A DNA stretch of 61,807 nt, the filler included, from Sphacelaria rigidula (lineage: Eukaryota): NCBI GenBank assembly GCA_964200075.2. It is 11 parts of 11 records of this genome, joined end to end, with 100 filler letters (N's around TTAATTAATTAA, not from the genome) between each part and the next. Parts side by side here need not be neighbours in the genome. Positions count along the whole stretch, not along the records: positions 11,258 to 16,785 come from CAXNAA020026605.1; positions 16,886 to 22,413 come from CAXNAA020026606.1; positions 22,514 to 28,041 come from CAXNAA020026607.1; 8 more parts are not named here. One strand, given 5' to 3'. Both the position numbers and the translations under genes were made by a program. Below are positions 12,961 to 26,700 of this stretch, in pieces; positions within the stretch are counted from its first letter, which is position 1; the number at the start of each line of letters is the position of its first letter. The notes below the pieces were generated by a model. The model did no database searches and was not told where the DNA came from. It saw only the letters and a program-made list of their open reading frames with translations.

Positions 12961-13411
12961 TACACCTGTACGCCTAGTTTCGACGGGCGGGACGGGACCG
13001 CCACTTCTTTGCCAGAAGAAACACGAGAACAGACGCTACGAGGGGTTGAGTGCTAATCAGTGGACGGGGCTCACACTTCGGTGGCCACAAAGTGCATGAT
13101 TTTTTTTCCATGAGCGACAACCTGGGTGTGAAAGAGTCGAGCAGAGGGGACGGTGCGGTGGGCAGGAATGGAGGTGTGGAGGGCGCGTGAAGAGAGGTGG
13201 TGGTTGTTCATCCGGCCGTTGATGTTCTTATCCGCTAAATCGATACTCATGCGTGTGTACAGTTTTGACGGCAAGTAAAGTAGTGTTTTGCTTGTAACTC
13301 TTCCCGGAATATAACCAACCGACTCCTAGTACCATCGGAAGCTAGAGCCTAAGGCGGGATCATACACATGAGTGGGAATGAAACGAGCAAACTTTTCCCG
13401 ATCAAAACATC

Positions 13412-13833
13412 CAAGGGAAGATCGGGTAGAGATACCCAATACCCGATACCCGGGTATTCAGGAAAGTCGTGCAGTTAGTACCCAAAGTTTTGGGTATAGT
13501 ATTGAGGTTCACTCAAATTACTCAATCTTTGGGAAGAGTATTGAGATTATATCAACTCTACTGTACCCCAACCTTGAGTAAAGTATTGAAGTCATACTCG
13601 GGTGATACTCGATACCCGGGTATTGCTGAGATTGCCCACCAATGCTTTGAGCAGGGTATTGAGATCATGCTCAATTCTATCCAAAATTCGGTAGAGTTTT
13701 GAAATCATATCCAATCCAAAAGTTGGAATAGAGTCTTGTTATCGTACCTAATGTATCCAAACCTTGGGTGGAGTAAGTACCCGGGTGTTATACCCGTGTA
13801 CTCAAAGTACATACCCTACCCGACCTGCCCTTG
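13412..13833. mobile_element. Family B hAT-like element in the intron upstream of a PPR exon
   Basis: TIRs CAAGGGAAGATCGGGTAG / CTACCCGACCTGCCCTTG. Flanks AAAACATC / AAATCAAC match at 6 of 8 positions (possible decayed 8-bp TSD). Internal subrepeats present. Confidence 0.75.
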
Positions 13834-13848
13834 AAATCAACGGCACAG

Positions 13849-14106
13849 ATGAAGTCAGCCGGACTAGAACCAGAGGTGATCACCTACAACGCCGTCATCA
13901 ACGCATGTGGGGCCGGAGGACAGTGGAAACAAGCTCTCGCTGTACTCTCTGAGATGCAGGACACTGCGAGATCTACATCAACATCTGCAGTCACAGAGGG
14001 CGGAACGGGTGTCAGGCCGGACTCTAGGAGCTATGGTGCAGCGATCACCGCATGCGTGGCTTGTGGGCAGTGGGAGCGAGGTCTGGATGTTTTCAGCGAG
14101 ATGAAG
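13849..14106 (+). CDS. Pentatricopeptide repeat (PPR) protein, internal exon
   Basis: CAG acceptor, phase 0. MKSAGLEPEVITYNAVINACGAGGQWKQALAVLSEMQ...GVRPDSRSYGAAITACVACGQWERGLDVFSEMK, then AAG|GT donor. Canonical P-type 35-aa motifs. Confidence 0.9.
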
Positions 14107-14513
14107 GTGTTCGACTGCCGTTGCGTCTATGTTCTTATTTTTCGCACGCAGGGTCCACACACCCTTTCTTCGTTGTTTTAGAGAGCTTTGTGCCGGACTA
14201 CCAACGAAGATATATTTTTTCATGCAACAGATGTGTCGATTTTCAAGTTTCAGGGCCCTGGTGTGTAGAGGTGCGAAATATGCAGGGAGATTTGGCTTGC
14301 AGTTGTGAGCCCATTTCAGGCTGTTGAAAAGGATGCGAGGGATTCACCACAACCCTAGTATCATGCCTGAATGACAGGGGGTTCGGGTGCAAGCTAGCCG
14401 AAGTCAAGTTCGTGATGGCCCTGTCAACCTCGTGCACTCTCCGATCTCTCAATAACGGATTGCCATCGCTTCGCAATTGCTTCTCTTGCCTTTGTGTTGT
14501 TGTTCAGCCGTGC

Positions 14514-14820
14514 TGGTGGTGGTGGTGGTGGTGGTGGTGGTGGTGGTGGTGGCGGCCGTGGTGTTGTTGCCGTTGTCGTACTATTCGTTGTTGTTATTGT
14601 GGATGTTAATGCCTTTATCGTTAAAATATTGTTATCGTTATCGTTATCGTTATCGTTATCGTTATCGTTATTCTTATTAGTATTACTGTTATTGTTATTG
14701 TGGTCGTTATTTTCTTGTTGTCATTGTTACCGCCATTGTCATTGTCATTGCTTTTGTCCTTGTTTTTATAAATGTTAATGTTGTAGTTGCCGCTTCTGTC
14801 GTTGTTTCTATTCTTATTGC
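14514..14820. repeat. Compound microsatellite (GGT)n, (GTT)n, (TATCGT)n in PPR intron
   Basis: Direct inspection; source of spurious poly-W/V/G/RY ORFs. Confidence 0.9.
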
Positions 14821-14828
14821 TGTGGCAG

Positions 14829-15011
14829 GCAGCGGGCGTCGCACCACAACGGCACCAGTACAACGCCGCCATGCAAGCCCACGCGGCCGGTGGGCAGTGG
14901 CAAATCGCCGTAGACGTGATGAGACAGATGTCCGCGGCGGGTGTCAGACCCGACGTAGTCAGCTATACTACCGCCATCAAGGGTTGTGGAGAAAACGGGC
15001 AGTGGCAACAG
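14829..15011 (+). CDS. PPR protein, next internal exon
   Basis: CAG acceptor joins in phase 0 to 14106. AAGVAPQRHQYNAAMQAHAAGGQWQIAVDVMRQMSAAGVRPDVVSYTTAIKGCGENGQWQQ, then CAG|GCGAGT (probable GC donor). Confidence 0.88.
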
Positions 15012-16785
15012 GCGAGTGTTTTCTACCAATTGTCCTATATATTCCAACTGTGGAGACCACATATGTATGGGCATAATGAACATCAGAACACACATGTAAG
15101 CCGGAGAATCAGTCTCAGGAACGGGGGCCGCCGATGACATACATGAGCGGACTCGAAATGTTCAAACTTGTGAAACTGGATCTTTGGCAACCTAGACAAC
15201 GGGGTCTCCGGTAGAAGAGCTCGGAATAATAGGGCCACCGCATGAACCCTGGTTGAGCGTTGTCGGTACTGCCGTACCGACTCGTTCACTTTTTCTTCTT
15301 GCCTACCATCGGTCACGGCCATATTCTTGCCTAAATGACAAGAGAGAGAATTACGCCTCGCTCTGGAGATCCTTCGGCAGCAGAGTACGACAACGTTCTT
15401 CCTCGGGACCCGTAACTCTACTGCCTCACCCCAGCGAAGCCTAGTTCACACAATGTCTAATAGACCCTGTGAAGAGGCAACAGTGAAATAGACCTCTCTT
15501 GGCGAACTACTCAAGAAAAAAAACTCCATGATTTACACGCATACGTGCAGCATATTTACCACATCTGCACCAAAACAGGTCATGATTCATGCTGCATATT
15601 CCCAACACACGCATTAATGTTGGGGCGGTTGTTTTCTTTCTTCCTTGCGCACTTTGGAGTGCCTCCGTATCTTCGCACATGAGGACGACTAGCACAGGTG
15701 TTTGGGCGGGACGATGCACATTTAATCGTGATTTCGTCAGGTCTAACTGCAGCACGTAGCGAATTTGACCGATTGTAAAAGAATATTCCAATACGTTGAC
15801 ACTTTTGCCGCCGGAACCTTCGGGCCGACCATATATGGATATCTGCAAAACGGCAGCTTTGCTTGCATCAAAAATGCCATATTACGCGAGCTAAAATGGC
15901 GGCATCGAAAGTAAGCGGGTGACATGGAAGTATACTAAAACCAAAAAAATCACATATGGATTTGTTGCTTGATGTTTGAATGGGCCAGATGGCCGACTCT
16001 GTGGCAACAGCCAAATCGAGCAACAGGTTTAGAACGTACGTTCAACGTCACAATTGCCTTTCACGGGCTTGCCTGGGAGCGCTTTGATGACAGCGATGTG
16101 CAAACATGGGCGGAAGGAGAGCAATGGCGGACCACTGTACTGTATGCACTTATTTTTATTTCCCTTGAAACAAGGAGGAAACCTTACCCAGCACTTATCC
16201 CGCAAGCGGGTTCGTGTGCCGGTGCTCCAAACATGAGATGACGACAAGATGATGTTGACTTCTTTCGCAGGACTGTCAGTTTGAAATATTGGACCGAAAC
16301 GAGGCACAGCGCTCGAAGGGTTCAACAATGAGGGGGGCAAGGTATATACTCGACAATCTGAACCAACGTGAGGTGGAGTGGGGCAAGGGAAGGCAGAGTT
16401 TGTACCTGCTTTGATCCCTTTTCACCTTCCCTACACGGACCAGTTGCGAGAGACTGCTGCTCTCGTGCTACTTTGCTTCCTATGTCACTAAGGCGACGCC
16501 CATGATCAACAGCATTTTCGTGAGATTAAGACTAAAGCGTTTATTGAGAGTAAGTTTTATCACTCACTTTAACTTCACCAGTTTTTCATTCTGTGTATGC
16601 TTTTTTTTGCTTGTAACACTGGCGTGTGCTTACTACAGTACACAACGCGTATCCAACACTGACCATATAGAGTTGCTCTAGCTTTAAACCTGGAGAGAGG
16701 GGTGACAAGCAGAATTTTCCACGGTTAAGACAAATAATGATTCGTCAGGAAATTACTTGGTTTTAGTATAATATGTTGACTCGTG

Positions 16786-16885
16786 NNNNNNNNNNNNNNN
16801 NNNNNNNNNNNNNNNNNNNNNNNNNNNNNTTAATTAATTAANNNNNNNNNNNNNNNNNNNNNNNNNNNNNNNNNNNNNNNNNNNN
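16786..16885. other. Artificial contig linker
   Basis: N44-TTAATTAATTAA-N44. Confidence 0.98.
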
Positions 16886-16889
16886 CCTG

Positions 16890-17930
16890 GACAATAGACT
16901 ATGTAATAGAAGATTGGCGCTGCAATAGCCCCGAAAATTTGACTGTCAATGTTAATTGTCAGTCATAACCTACTGGCATCAAAATCTATCGATAGCTATT
17001 GTAGGTGACAATAGATTCGGGGCGAGAGACGTGATGTATCGTTGCCGTGACAATGGAGGGGCCCAGATGTCTATCGATACATTATATTTGTTGCAATAGG
17101 CTCTGAATTGTGGCCACCAATGTTCATTGCCGATCACAATAGGATCTACCACGCGGCCACCAATACATATTGTTGGTCACAATAGGATACCAATTGCGCC
17201 CACCAATATCTATTTAGGATCACAATAAAATCTGAATCGCGGCCACCAATGTCTACCGCTGGTCACATTGCAATTTGAATCGCGGCCACCGATATCTATT
17301 GCTGACCACAAAGGTAGCTGAATGGCGTCGATCACTAGCGCAATGTATGCACATTTTTCGATATATATTTCCCGTTGATTCCACAGAAGCTATGGCCAGC
17401 TATCGCCTCAGGTCGTTGCGTGTTCATGTGTAAGGGATATTGCCGTTGATATCATGAGACCACTGAGTGAGGAATCTATTTTTCAAAACCTATCGTTGGC
17501 GTCACTGGCTGTCGATAGCTGCTCCCGAGAGCAATCGATTGTTGACGGCAATGCCCATATTGGTATATACCAAAAAATGCATTGTTGGCGGGAGAGGCTA
17601 CCGATAGACGGCTCATCAAATCTATTCATAGCGGTAATAGGTATTGATGGATAACTCATTTAATCTATTGACGGCAATGACTATCGATGGATGGCTCACC
17701 AAACCTATTGATTACGGCAATGGTTATCGATACATACAACCCAGAATCTATTGCGGTACACGATGCCCATCGATGGCGAGTGATCTTTATCTATTGTAAT
17801 TGCCAAAGGCTATCGATCGACTATTGCAACATCTATTGTCCCTTGCAATACATATCAATAGATGTGTTTCACCATATATCGTGTTCGATAATATACATAG
17901 ATTTTTCCTCGAGTCTATTGCTGAAGCAAT
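16890..17930. repeat. Decayed element built of CAATAGAT/ATCTATTG subrepeats, with an about 43-bp tandem unit at 17100-17320
   Basis: Repeated GCGGCCACCAATATCTATTGCTGGTCACAATAGGATCTGAATC-like units. Motif orientation is mostly opposite at the two ends. Confidence 0.6.
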
Positions 17931-18358
17931 GAAGTATTATTGTGTCCATTGTCCAGAGCGTGCTTTTTCTTTTTCATCTCACCATCATATTACCTTGTTG
18001 CATACGACCAGTTTCTTCCTTGTAATTTTACTTGCTGCGGTCTTGCCCAGTTGCTCCCATCCTTTTAAGTTTCGCTCCTGTCTGATCCCTGTCTATTTCG
18101 GTATGAGCTGCACGTGTGCTTTTCAACAGGTCGGGATATTTCGCTGCATGCTTGGTCATTTCCCTTAGCAACTCTCGCTGCTTTTACTTCATTCCTAGTT
18201 TATCCATTCTCCATCTAAACAGCTTCCTACCGCGCCTGTTATTAGTAAGTCTGGTATGTCGGCTGTCTGTCCATATTACATGGTCATCCACAGTTTCTAC
18301 TTGCGCTGCGCATACATGTACTTCCGATTCCTTCTTGCTTTAATATGCTAACACTATA

Positions 18359-18990
18359 CGAGCTAGGCCAGCCTAGAAGCGGATTCGTAGTTTGCAGGCC
18401 CAATATCACCTCAATTTTTAGGGTTGGCCCCTGAAAGTTGGCATGGACAATGAATGGGGCATAAACGAATAATGAAAAGCGAAACCCATTCTTTTTTTCC
18501 CTCATGATTTACCGGCATTTTACTGAGACCTGAAAAGCGATTATGGCCTCCAATTCATGGAAATTAATCATTGGGTCTGGCGTTCCGTCTTTAAAGTATG
18601 CCCTCTTCATTGTACATACCAAGTTTCAGGAGCCAAGCCTATAAATTGAGGTGAGAATGGGCGGTTAAGTAACCTGGTCTGTAGAAAACTGGAACAGTAT
18701 TTTGCAGGCCACTTACCGGCCCGCGTTTGGTGTTTGTGTATTGAAGTTTTGGTGTGAGACCTCGCTAGGGCTTCATGAACAAAAAAAAGTGGGCCCGTAT
18801 ATTTGTCCCAACTGGTTTTGGGCGTTTTAGAATAGAACGACCACTTTTTGACAGGAACGCCCGAACCTCTCCAGAAAAAAGAAAACTCGAAGGCTCATTT
18901 TTTTATTCGGCATGATACGACTGTGGTTTTCCATGCTAGGTTTCACGTCACAATTCTAAAAATGAGCTGAAGAACTAAAGATGAGGCTAT
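18359..18990 (-). mobile_element. Family A TIR element, inverted partial copy
   Basis: TA|CGAGCTAGGCCAGCCTAGAAGCGGATT... is the reverse complement of the family A right end. Internal similarity continues to about 18990. Confidence 0.75.
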
Positions 18991-19580
18991 CGGGGCAGGA
19001 GTGATTTGAGCGGATATGCATACAGGTGTGCATCAACTTTGCGCTTTATTTTTACTTCGGATTATTCTACGATGCTTGGAGGGGGTTGTTTGCGAATTCG
19101 GCCCAAGATCCGTGCGGAACACGCTTGGCGGACACTTCTAGGGACTGTGAGCCTTGGCAACATCTGAATAGATGTGATTATGCTCCAGTGTGGTCCATTT
19201 TCAATGATATGGAGACATTTCAGTGCATATCAACTTCTGACGCGGGGGTTGCATGTGAACCGGCCGTGCTCAGCGGCGTGAAATGTGAGGCACGCGGCCT
19301 TGGAAAAGAGATGTCCACATCAGCACGGGAAGCTGGCGCTACAGACAATGTCGGTGGCTGAGTAATCTGGATGGCGAAGGATGCATGTCACTGTGCAGGG
19401 AGGGAGAGCTCAATATGCGAAACGTATCATGCGTCTGAAAGTAACGACTGAGTTCGCACTGTCTGATTCGAGCCTGCAGGATTGCACTAACTCTACAACG
19501 CGGACCACGCCTCGGTAAGGCTGGAATTCCCGCGATTCATCCTTGGATATTGAAAGTTGCGCCCGGTCGCCCGCTGAGCG

Positions 19581-20317
19581 CACGTGAAATGGTAAAAACA
19601 AACTCCGCGAAAAACACGGGATATATAAAAATCACGGAATGGTTTCTTCTTGGGGGTAGGCGACACACACGCCACGGCTGGATATTCCAATCGCATTTTT
19701 TCGAATTCCGATGCTCGGGAGACCGTTTCTCATGGTTCGAAATTTTTGGGGTCATGTTTTCCACTTTTGGGACATTGGAGACGTTTTTGACCCCCAAACA
19801 GGGAGCATCGCCATCATTTGCCTCGGATACTTTGCACTGCCCCAACGAGAGGAGTCTGGCCAACTTTTCGGATTCTTCGGGCTCCGAGGTTTCGAGAACG
19901 GCCTCTGCACCAAAATACGTCTCCAAGAAAATGGAGTGTTTGAAGGTAGTTCCCAGTTAAAAAATACCTGCAGACATCGCATTTTTTGCTTCCAGCCGTG
20001 TGTTTGTCCTGAGGTCAACCCCAAAACGTCGGAGCCAAGCAAGTCTGAAACGTGGGCTAGACTCCTCTCGGGGGAGCAATGCAGAGTTTCCTCGGCAAAT
20101 ATTGGCGATGTTCTCTTTTGGGGGGGCCAAAGGCCGTGTCAAAGGTCTCAGAAGTGGAAAATACGACCCCCAAAGAATACGAGCCGTACGAAAATGATCT
20201 GAAGGTTGCCAAGGTTCGTCTTGGAAAAAAAACCATCCTCCATTTAAAACCTTTGTATGATCCCATGTTGAGACGTCGACCAGGCGAACACCGGAGAGTG
20301 CTGAAGATATTCACGTG
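19581..20317. mobile_element. Foldback/palindromic element, diverged relative of 45165-45654
   Basis: 19750-19905 and 20010-20170 are inverted copies. Outer CACGTGAA...TTCACGTG. Shares CACTTTTGGGAC...CCCAAACAGGGA...GGGCTCCGAGGTTTCGAG with 45212-45347. Confidence 0.7.
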
Positions 20318-22046
20318 GCACTACCGTCGAGGAAAATTCCAGGTTGATTATGAGAGAAAAAGACGATAGATAACAGAAACTGCCCCCCTCGTGGTTAGTC
20401 TGTCGTGAGATCGGGTCGCGAGCTCTGGTACTGTCTGTAAGGGGATATTGTCCCCTTTCCGAACAGCTGCACAGTGGTCCTTGACTGAAGACACTCTTCT
20501 GTTTGACTCAACTGTACGGCCATGCACGTCTTGCACGAGACGGCGTAAAAACCCCACGGGCAGCAACCTCAAAGATTTGACGAAACATGATGATTGCTAT
20601 ATTTGCACTACGAGCGTCGACCGATAAGCAAACCGAGTTAAGCGGCCATGCTGGCAAGATCTGCCGATGCCACCGCGCCGATTTGATATCGTTCCCTGTA
20701 CAAGTGGATTTGGAAATCAAAAATGTTCCGAAATGGGTTCCAACATCGTGCATATAATATTCATCCTTTCAAGCCACCCAGCGCACGAAATGCCTTGGTT
20801 CGCCGATAATTCTGTTCCGTCAAACCTACTTGCGACTTCAACCTACATTTTCGTGAAGTGCCAGCATCATCAGACGCCGCACACCTAGCCTTCGGAAATA
20901 CCGCCTCCAAAATCCACGAAGTGCTCAACAACAGATCTGGAGAGCTTAGGTCGCGTCAACTCCGTTGAATTTTCTGCTGAGTTACAAGCGCAAAATCCAG
21001 AGCGAAACTAATCCCCAGCATATACCTGCCTTTGCCAGCCGCCGAAACTGCCTCACCACAATATCAGCCAAGCATGTGGGTCGCCGAACTCGCTTGACGT
21101 CTATCGCTCATCATTGCATACCTCAGTAGTGAATAATGTGCGGGTGTCGACGGTGCGTGTACCTATCACTGTCCTAGAGCAGCCCATTTCTGCAAACGAT
21201 ACACATGTTGGACGAGTCATAACTCGTCGAAACGAGTGCACTCGTGAATGTTTTTTGAGAAGACAACGAGCATGACTCGTCGAAATGAGCCATCACTTTT
21301 TTTTACAACGGGCAGTGACTCGTGTGCTCTAGTCATTACTTCTTTTACCACGAGCAATGACTCGAGTGCTCGCCCTATTAATTGTTTTCACAACGAGCAA
21401 TGACTCGAGTGCTCACCCTAAAAACCCTTTTGCATAGGACCGACCCCTCACCAACACAAGGTTGACCAGTGAAATAATTGAAAATAAGACAGAAAGCGAC
21501 CTGCCCAATCACGGCGAGGCGAAATTTATCGACCAGACCCGAACGACCAGCGGGGACTGTTGCCGAGTGTGATGTCATCGCAAAGATCGTGTGGGGGGGC
21601 TATCCCTCGCCCAGATAAGCCTTCCCAGGTTTCTAAAGCCAGGGTGCTCGGAGCATGGCTTGTCGTATTACTCGCATTCAGTATAGCGCTCCCGGGGTTT
21701 CCCAGGAGTTTTTCGGGGTCGCCAGCCTATACTTAAAGGTACTGATTACACGAACACAAGGTGGCGTGGGAAAATCGGGAAGGAGTGTACATGCCACAAT
21801 GTGGTCATTTTCACGAGGCACAAAACCCAGGTGGGCAGTGGAAAGACAAAATGAGACACTGTCATGAATTATGCTTATCTCTCGGCCGGTGCGACTTACA
21901 GAACACTGTGAACATGTATGTAGTGGGCGGGGATGCACAAGCTGTGTATAGGCAGATGATCTCCGCCGCTGAGAACTGCCCGAAACGTGCAAGGGAGTAT
22001 GCAGCGCGGCAGCTGCTCCTACAGTCGGAGAGGCGTACTGCACTTA

Positions 22047-22091
22047 CTGTACTGTACTGTACTGTTCTGTACTGTACTGTTCTGTACTGTA
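22047..22091. repeat. (ACTGT)n pentanucleotide microsatellite
   Basis: ACTGTACTGTACTGT(T/A)CTGT... Confidence 0.9.
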
Positions 22092-22413
22092 TGTATGTGC
22101 GCCGCAACGCCAATACCCTTTGAAGAGAATTTGTTGCATACAACAAAGAGGGAAATGGCGTCCCACCCCGACCACAAATAAGGGCTGTGTGGTAAGGTGA
22201 TGGGGGACATTATCATCACCCAAGGCCACAAGTGGCGAACGGCCCGCGGTCGCTGCATCCTGTTGAAAGCTCTCTACCGCTACCCATACCGCGCTTGCTA
22301 AATCAGATGTACATAACCTAATGCGCACCCTGCACCTGAAAATAGATTGGATGGAGCTTTCGGTCTTCTTCATAACACTGCGGTTATACATGCGACACTT
22401 TCTACGATAGCCC

Positions 22414-22513
22414 NNNNNNNNNNNNNNNNNNNNNNNNNNNNNNNNNNNNNNNNNNNNTTAATTAATTAANNNNNNNNNNNNNNNNNNNNNNNNNNNNNNN
22501 NNNNNNNNNNNNN
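22414..22513. other. Artificial contig linker
   Basis: N44-TTAATTAATTAA-N44. Confidence 0.98.
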
Positions 22514-23719
22514 CCCCCGATATATTAAATTCAAATGGAGGTTGCGGTCTCGCGGTGAGATACCCGTGAAGCTGTGCCGGTTTTCATTGATGGTTGGAAA
22601 TCTTGTCAGATGTTTTCCTGAAATTTCCGACGTTAGGTGCAAAAGGCGTCTCATGAAGGCAAGGGGTAGATATTGCGTGGCATAAACGTCATGGCCTACT
22701 GCACTCATAAAAAACACCTTACTAGCAACCGACCACATTACCTGCGAGAAGGAGCACCAAGCCTTAAGTAGACTCCTTGAGATCTTGAAGGATACAAGCT
22801 GGTGCAAAGTGTGGGAGAATCGTTAGCCAAGCTTTCGGTAGCGAAGGTTTACTGGGGAGCGTTATAATAATAGCGACCTATGGTGAACCGTAAACGGAGA
22901 GGGAAGACGTGATGATGTAGGGAATATCCCGATGTGAGTAAGGCCCTGTGTTATGCAAGCCGTTCTTGAGGCTTCCACAGTGAAAAATGATCTCCCTGGA
23001 AGAAAGTAACCTGTGCAGCAGCAGGGCAAGAAGATAGAAGATACGATCGTGGGATGCCTGGATAGTTTTGCCATGAAGATCGTCTGGCACAAACGTGGGG
23101 TACTTGTTTCCAGGGTGTTGAACTTGGCTTCAGGCTACGAGCCCATATTGGGGACATCATTTAGTGTCAGTGAGTCAGCAAAAGAAGTGCAAGGCACCAG
23201 ACAACATGTAATAGGATGGGGGTATCCGAGTACCTTGACTATATGCCACCGCGATGCTTGAAACGAAGAAGCTGGAGATTCTCTCGAAAGAGATCGAGAG
23301 AGAGACGGTAAGGAAGGGCGGATGGAGAAGTAAAGAATGGACGGGTAAATGACTAGAAGTGCTGGTATTCGGAGAGCGTAGCGTTATGACGAGAATAGAG
23401 TTGGACACTGTTTGACAATAGGAAAAGTAGGAAGGGAGGGAGAACACTTCCGAGTCACGCAAAAACAGAGCGCGAACAAGGAGTAGGGACGGATAGAGAC
23501 ACGTAAGTTGTCGGCATGGGTTGGAAGGGTGGGATGGAACGGAGGGAAGGAGAAGCAGGAACAAGTAAGTGCCCGGAAAGGACAGGGGAAGGGAAGGGGA
23601 CACAGCTACCCGAACCAAATAGTCGAAGACCAAACCAGAAACGGGAAGAAAAATCAAGCAAGGGAAAATAGAAGTAAAAGCGACGGAGAGCGAACAGTAG
23701 ATAAATGGAGAGCAGGTAA

Positions 23720-26700
23720 TGATTCGGAACGGTGGTTGAGAATAAGATCGTGAAACGTGTGTGGATTCGCCACAGATGAGCGCAAAGTTATAGAGATATC
23801 CAAGGGCAGGTCGAGTAGAGTATACTCAAAACTCAGTATTTTCGAAAAGTCATACTTTCAGTACTCATGTTTTGAGTATAGTATTTGAGGCCGTACTCAA
23901 TCTACCCAGCATTTGAGTATAGTATTCGAGGTCATACTCAATCTACCCCAAATTCGAGTAGAGTATTGAGATCATACCCAAGTGGTGCTCTATACTCAAG
24001 TATCACTGAAAGTGCGTACTCAATATTTAGAATAGTATCGGAGGTCCTACTCGATCTGCCCAACGTTCGAGTAGAGGAGTTGAGATCATATTCAATCTAT
24101 CCAAACTTTGAGCAGAGTACTAGGGTCATACCCAAGTGATGCTCTATACTCAAGTATTACGGAGAGTGCTTCCTCAGTATTTGAGTAGGGTATTGGCGCT
24201 CGTACTCAATCTACTCAAGATTGGGGGAAGTTATTTGAGGTCATACTCAATTTATCCAAAACTTGAGTAGAGTATTGAAGTCATACCCAAGTGATACTTT
24301 ATAGTCAACTACTACTGAGAGTGCTTACTCGATATTTGAATAGAGTATTGGAGGTCGTACTTGATCTACTCAGTTGTTGAGTAGAGTGTTTGAGGTCGTA
24401 CTCAATCTACCCAAACGTTTAGTCGAGTATTTGAGGCCGTACTTAACCTACTCAAGAATTATTTGGAGTAAATACTCGGGTATTATACTCGAGTACTTAG
24501 AAGTATGTACTCTACTCGATCTCTCCTTCGAGATATCCCAACAAGTAGACGCGACCTAGATATAGTAGGAATCCAAGAATCATCGGAGGGAGAGGGGACG
24601 GAAATACGATGCAAAGTTGAAGACTACGCATGGATAGGGAAACGGCGGAAGTGACAGAACCCCGAGAACGGGAAGAGACGGGAGTAGGATTCTTAGCCAA
24701 GGAATACCTGTGTGACATCATAAAAGTGATCAAAGACAAGAATTTCGACGAGAGCACGTGGAAAAGGGAACCAAGAGAGCGGGGAACGACTGACTCCTTC
24801 GGAAGGAATATCTTTGTCCTCCCCGTAATCGAAGAGTAGGTCAAACTATATACTGCGGAGGTTTGGAGAGATAGCAGCAGATGTACACAAGTATGAAATG
24901 CGAGGAGGAGTAATATAAGTGGGATATAATAATGCAAGGGTTGGAAGAGCAGGTGAGCCGGATGAAATCATTGATAATATTACGGGGAAGATAGGAAGAA
25001 CACCAATGAAGTGAAGATGCTCAAGTTCCTCGAGGATAACGAGATGAAGACGCTGAACGACAGACCACAAAAGCCAGAGGCGCAATGGACATGGACGAGG
25101 AAATGCAAAGACGAGAGGGAACGCCGCGTTCTTGACTACATAGTGGTAGAGCATGGGAATAGTAAAGAAATTGAAGTATATGCATGCGCGGACGACGTGG
25201 GAATCACAGATCATTGCCTAATATGCACAGGAAGCAAACAGAGGAGAGCTAAAAGAAATAGGTGGGGTAAGAAGTTGTACAAATGGAGAGGTAATGGACT
25301 AGAAATGAAGGAGAAACAACAGGAGTTCCTAGAAGAGATGGTCAAAAATGCAATGAAATTTTCTGAGTTGTTGCAGAGCGTAGGTACAGTTGATACCGAA
25401 ATGGAAATGGGAGCGGGCAGGAGCGGAAATTATAGAAGGATGGAAGCGGTCGGTCACAAACACATCGAGTGAAGTCACGAATTTAGAGAAGGAATCGATT
25501 GTACGCAACAGAGCAGTAATATCGTGGGGCGAGGAACTCCAAGAAGCTATAAGAGTAGGGAGAGAGGCCCACACAAGATACATATCGAATGAACTACGGT
25601 AGGATGGGAGGAGTATACTGAAGCTCGAAAGGAAGTAATGAAAATGGTACAGAAGAAAAAGAAAGGAATATCGGAAGATGTAGTGAATGAAACAATTGAA
25701 CATTCGATGACGAGATGAAAGAAATGTGGGTAGGGATAAAAAGGGATAATGGGAGACCAGGCGGGGAAGATAGACAAGGGGATAGCCACACGACGAGCAC
25801 AGAACAGTAAACTGGTTAGTTGTTCAAAGGGGAAGAGATGAGCGCTAGTAGAGCCCTACCGTGAACTACGAAACCCAAAAAACTAAAAGGAGGTTCGACA
25901 CGTAATTCGAAAAATAAATCAACACGTGGGCAGAGGCAAATGTATAGGCGTCAAAACGGGAGGATAATCTCTCAGGAGAATTGCAGAGATAGGTTACCAG
26001 AGATGAAGTAAAGAAATGTGTAGCTAAACTCAAGAACAGAAAGGCAGCAGGGGCAGAGAAATAGTGAAGGAATATCTCAAGTACGGAGGGAGGGAATTAT
26101 CACCATGGTGGGTATGTTGTACAACTGGATATGGGAAAACGAGTACACACCCTAGAGGTGGAGAGAAGGATAAGTAGTCAACCTCTTCAGGAGAGGAGAC
26201 AAGGCTGACCCAGGGAATCGTAGAGAGATACCGCTACTGAGCACCATAGGGGAAACATTCTGTAAGATTCTGAACAATAGAAAATGAACGATGCTAGAAA
26301 ATGTAGAAAAAAACAGCGAGGGGCATGCAGGTTTCAGACCAAAACGTAGTTGCGTAGACCAAGTGTACACACTAGGTGAGATTATTCAAGGTAGGGAGGA
26401 CGCCGGACTGACAAGGTACTATTTCTTTGTGGGCGTAAAAAAGGCCTATGAAACAGTATGGAGAAATGGGCTGTGGGAAGCGTTGTGTGAAACTAGGATC
26501 AGGCAAAATATGTGAAGAATGGTAAAGGAGATGACAGAATGAGCCAAAAGTGCTATGATGCTGGGCGGGAAAATATCAAAGCATTTCGAAATTTTACCAG
26601 GAGTTGCAAAAGGATGTACGTCATCACTCACTCTTTTCACGGTATTCATCAATGACTTGATAAGAGCAATAGAAGCAGCAAAGTAAGGAGTCAAGGTGGG

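Noticed and set aside
14412..14872. Poly-W, poly-V, poly-G and (RY)n/(IT)n ORFs; also the poly-A ORF 12008-12406
   Set aside because: Translations of microsatellites.
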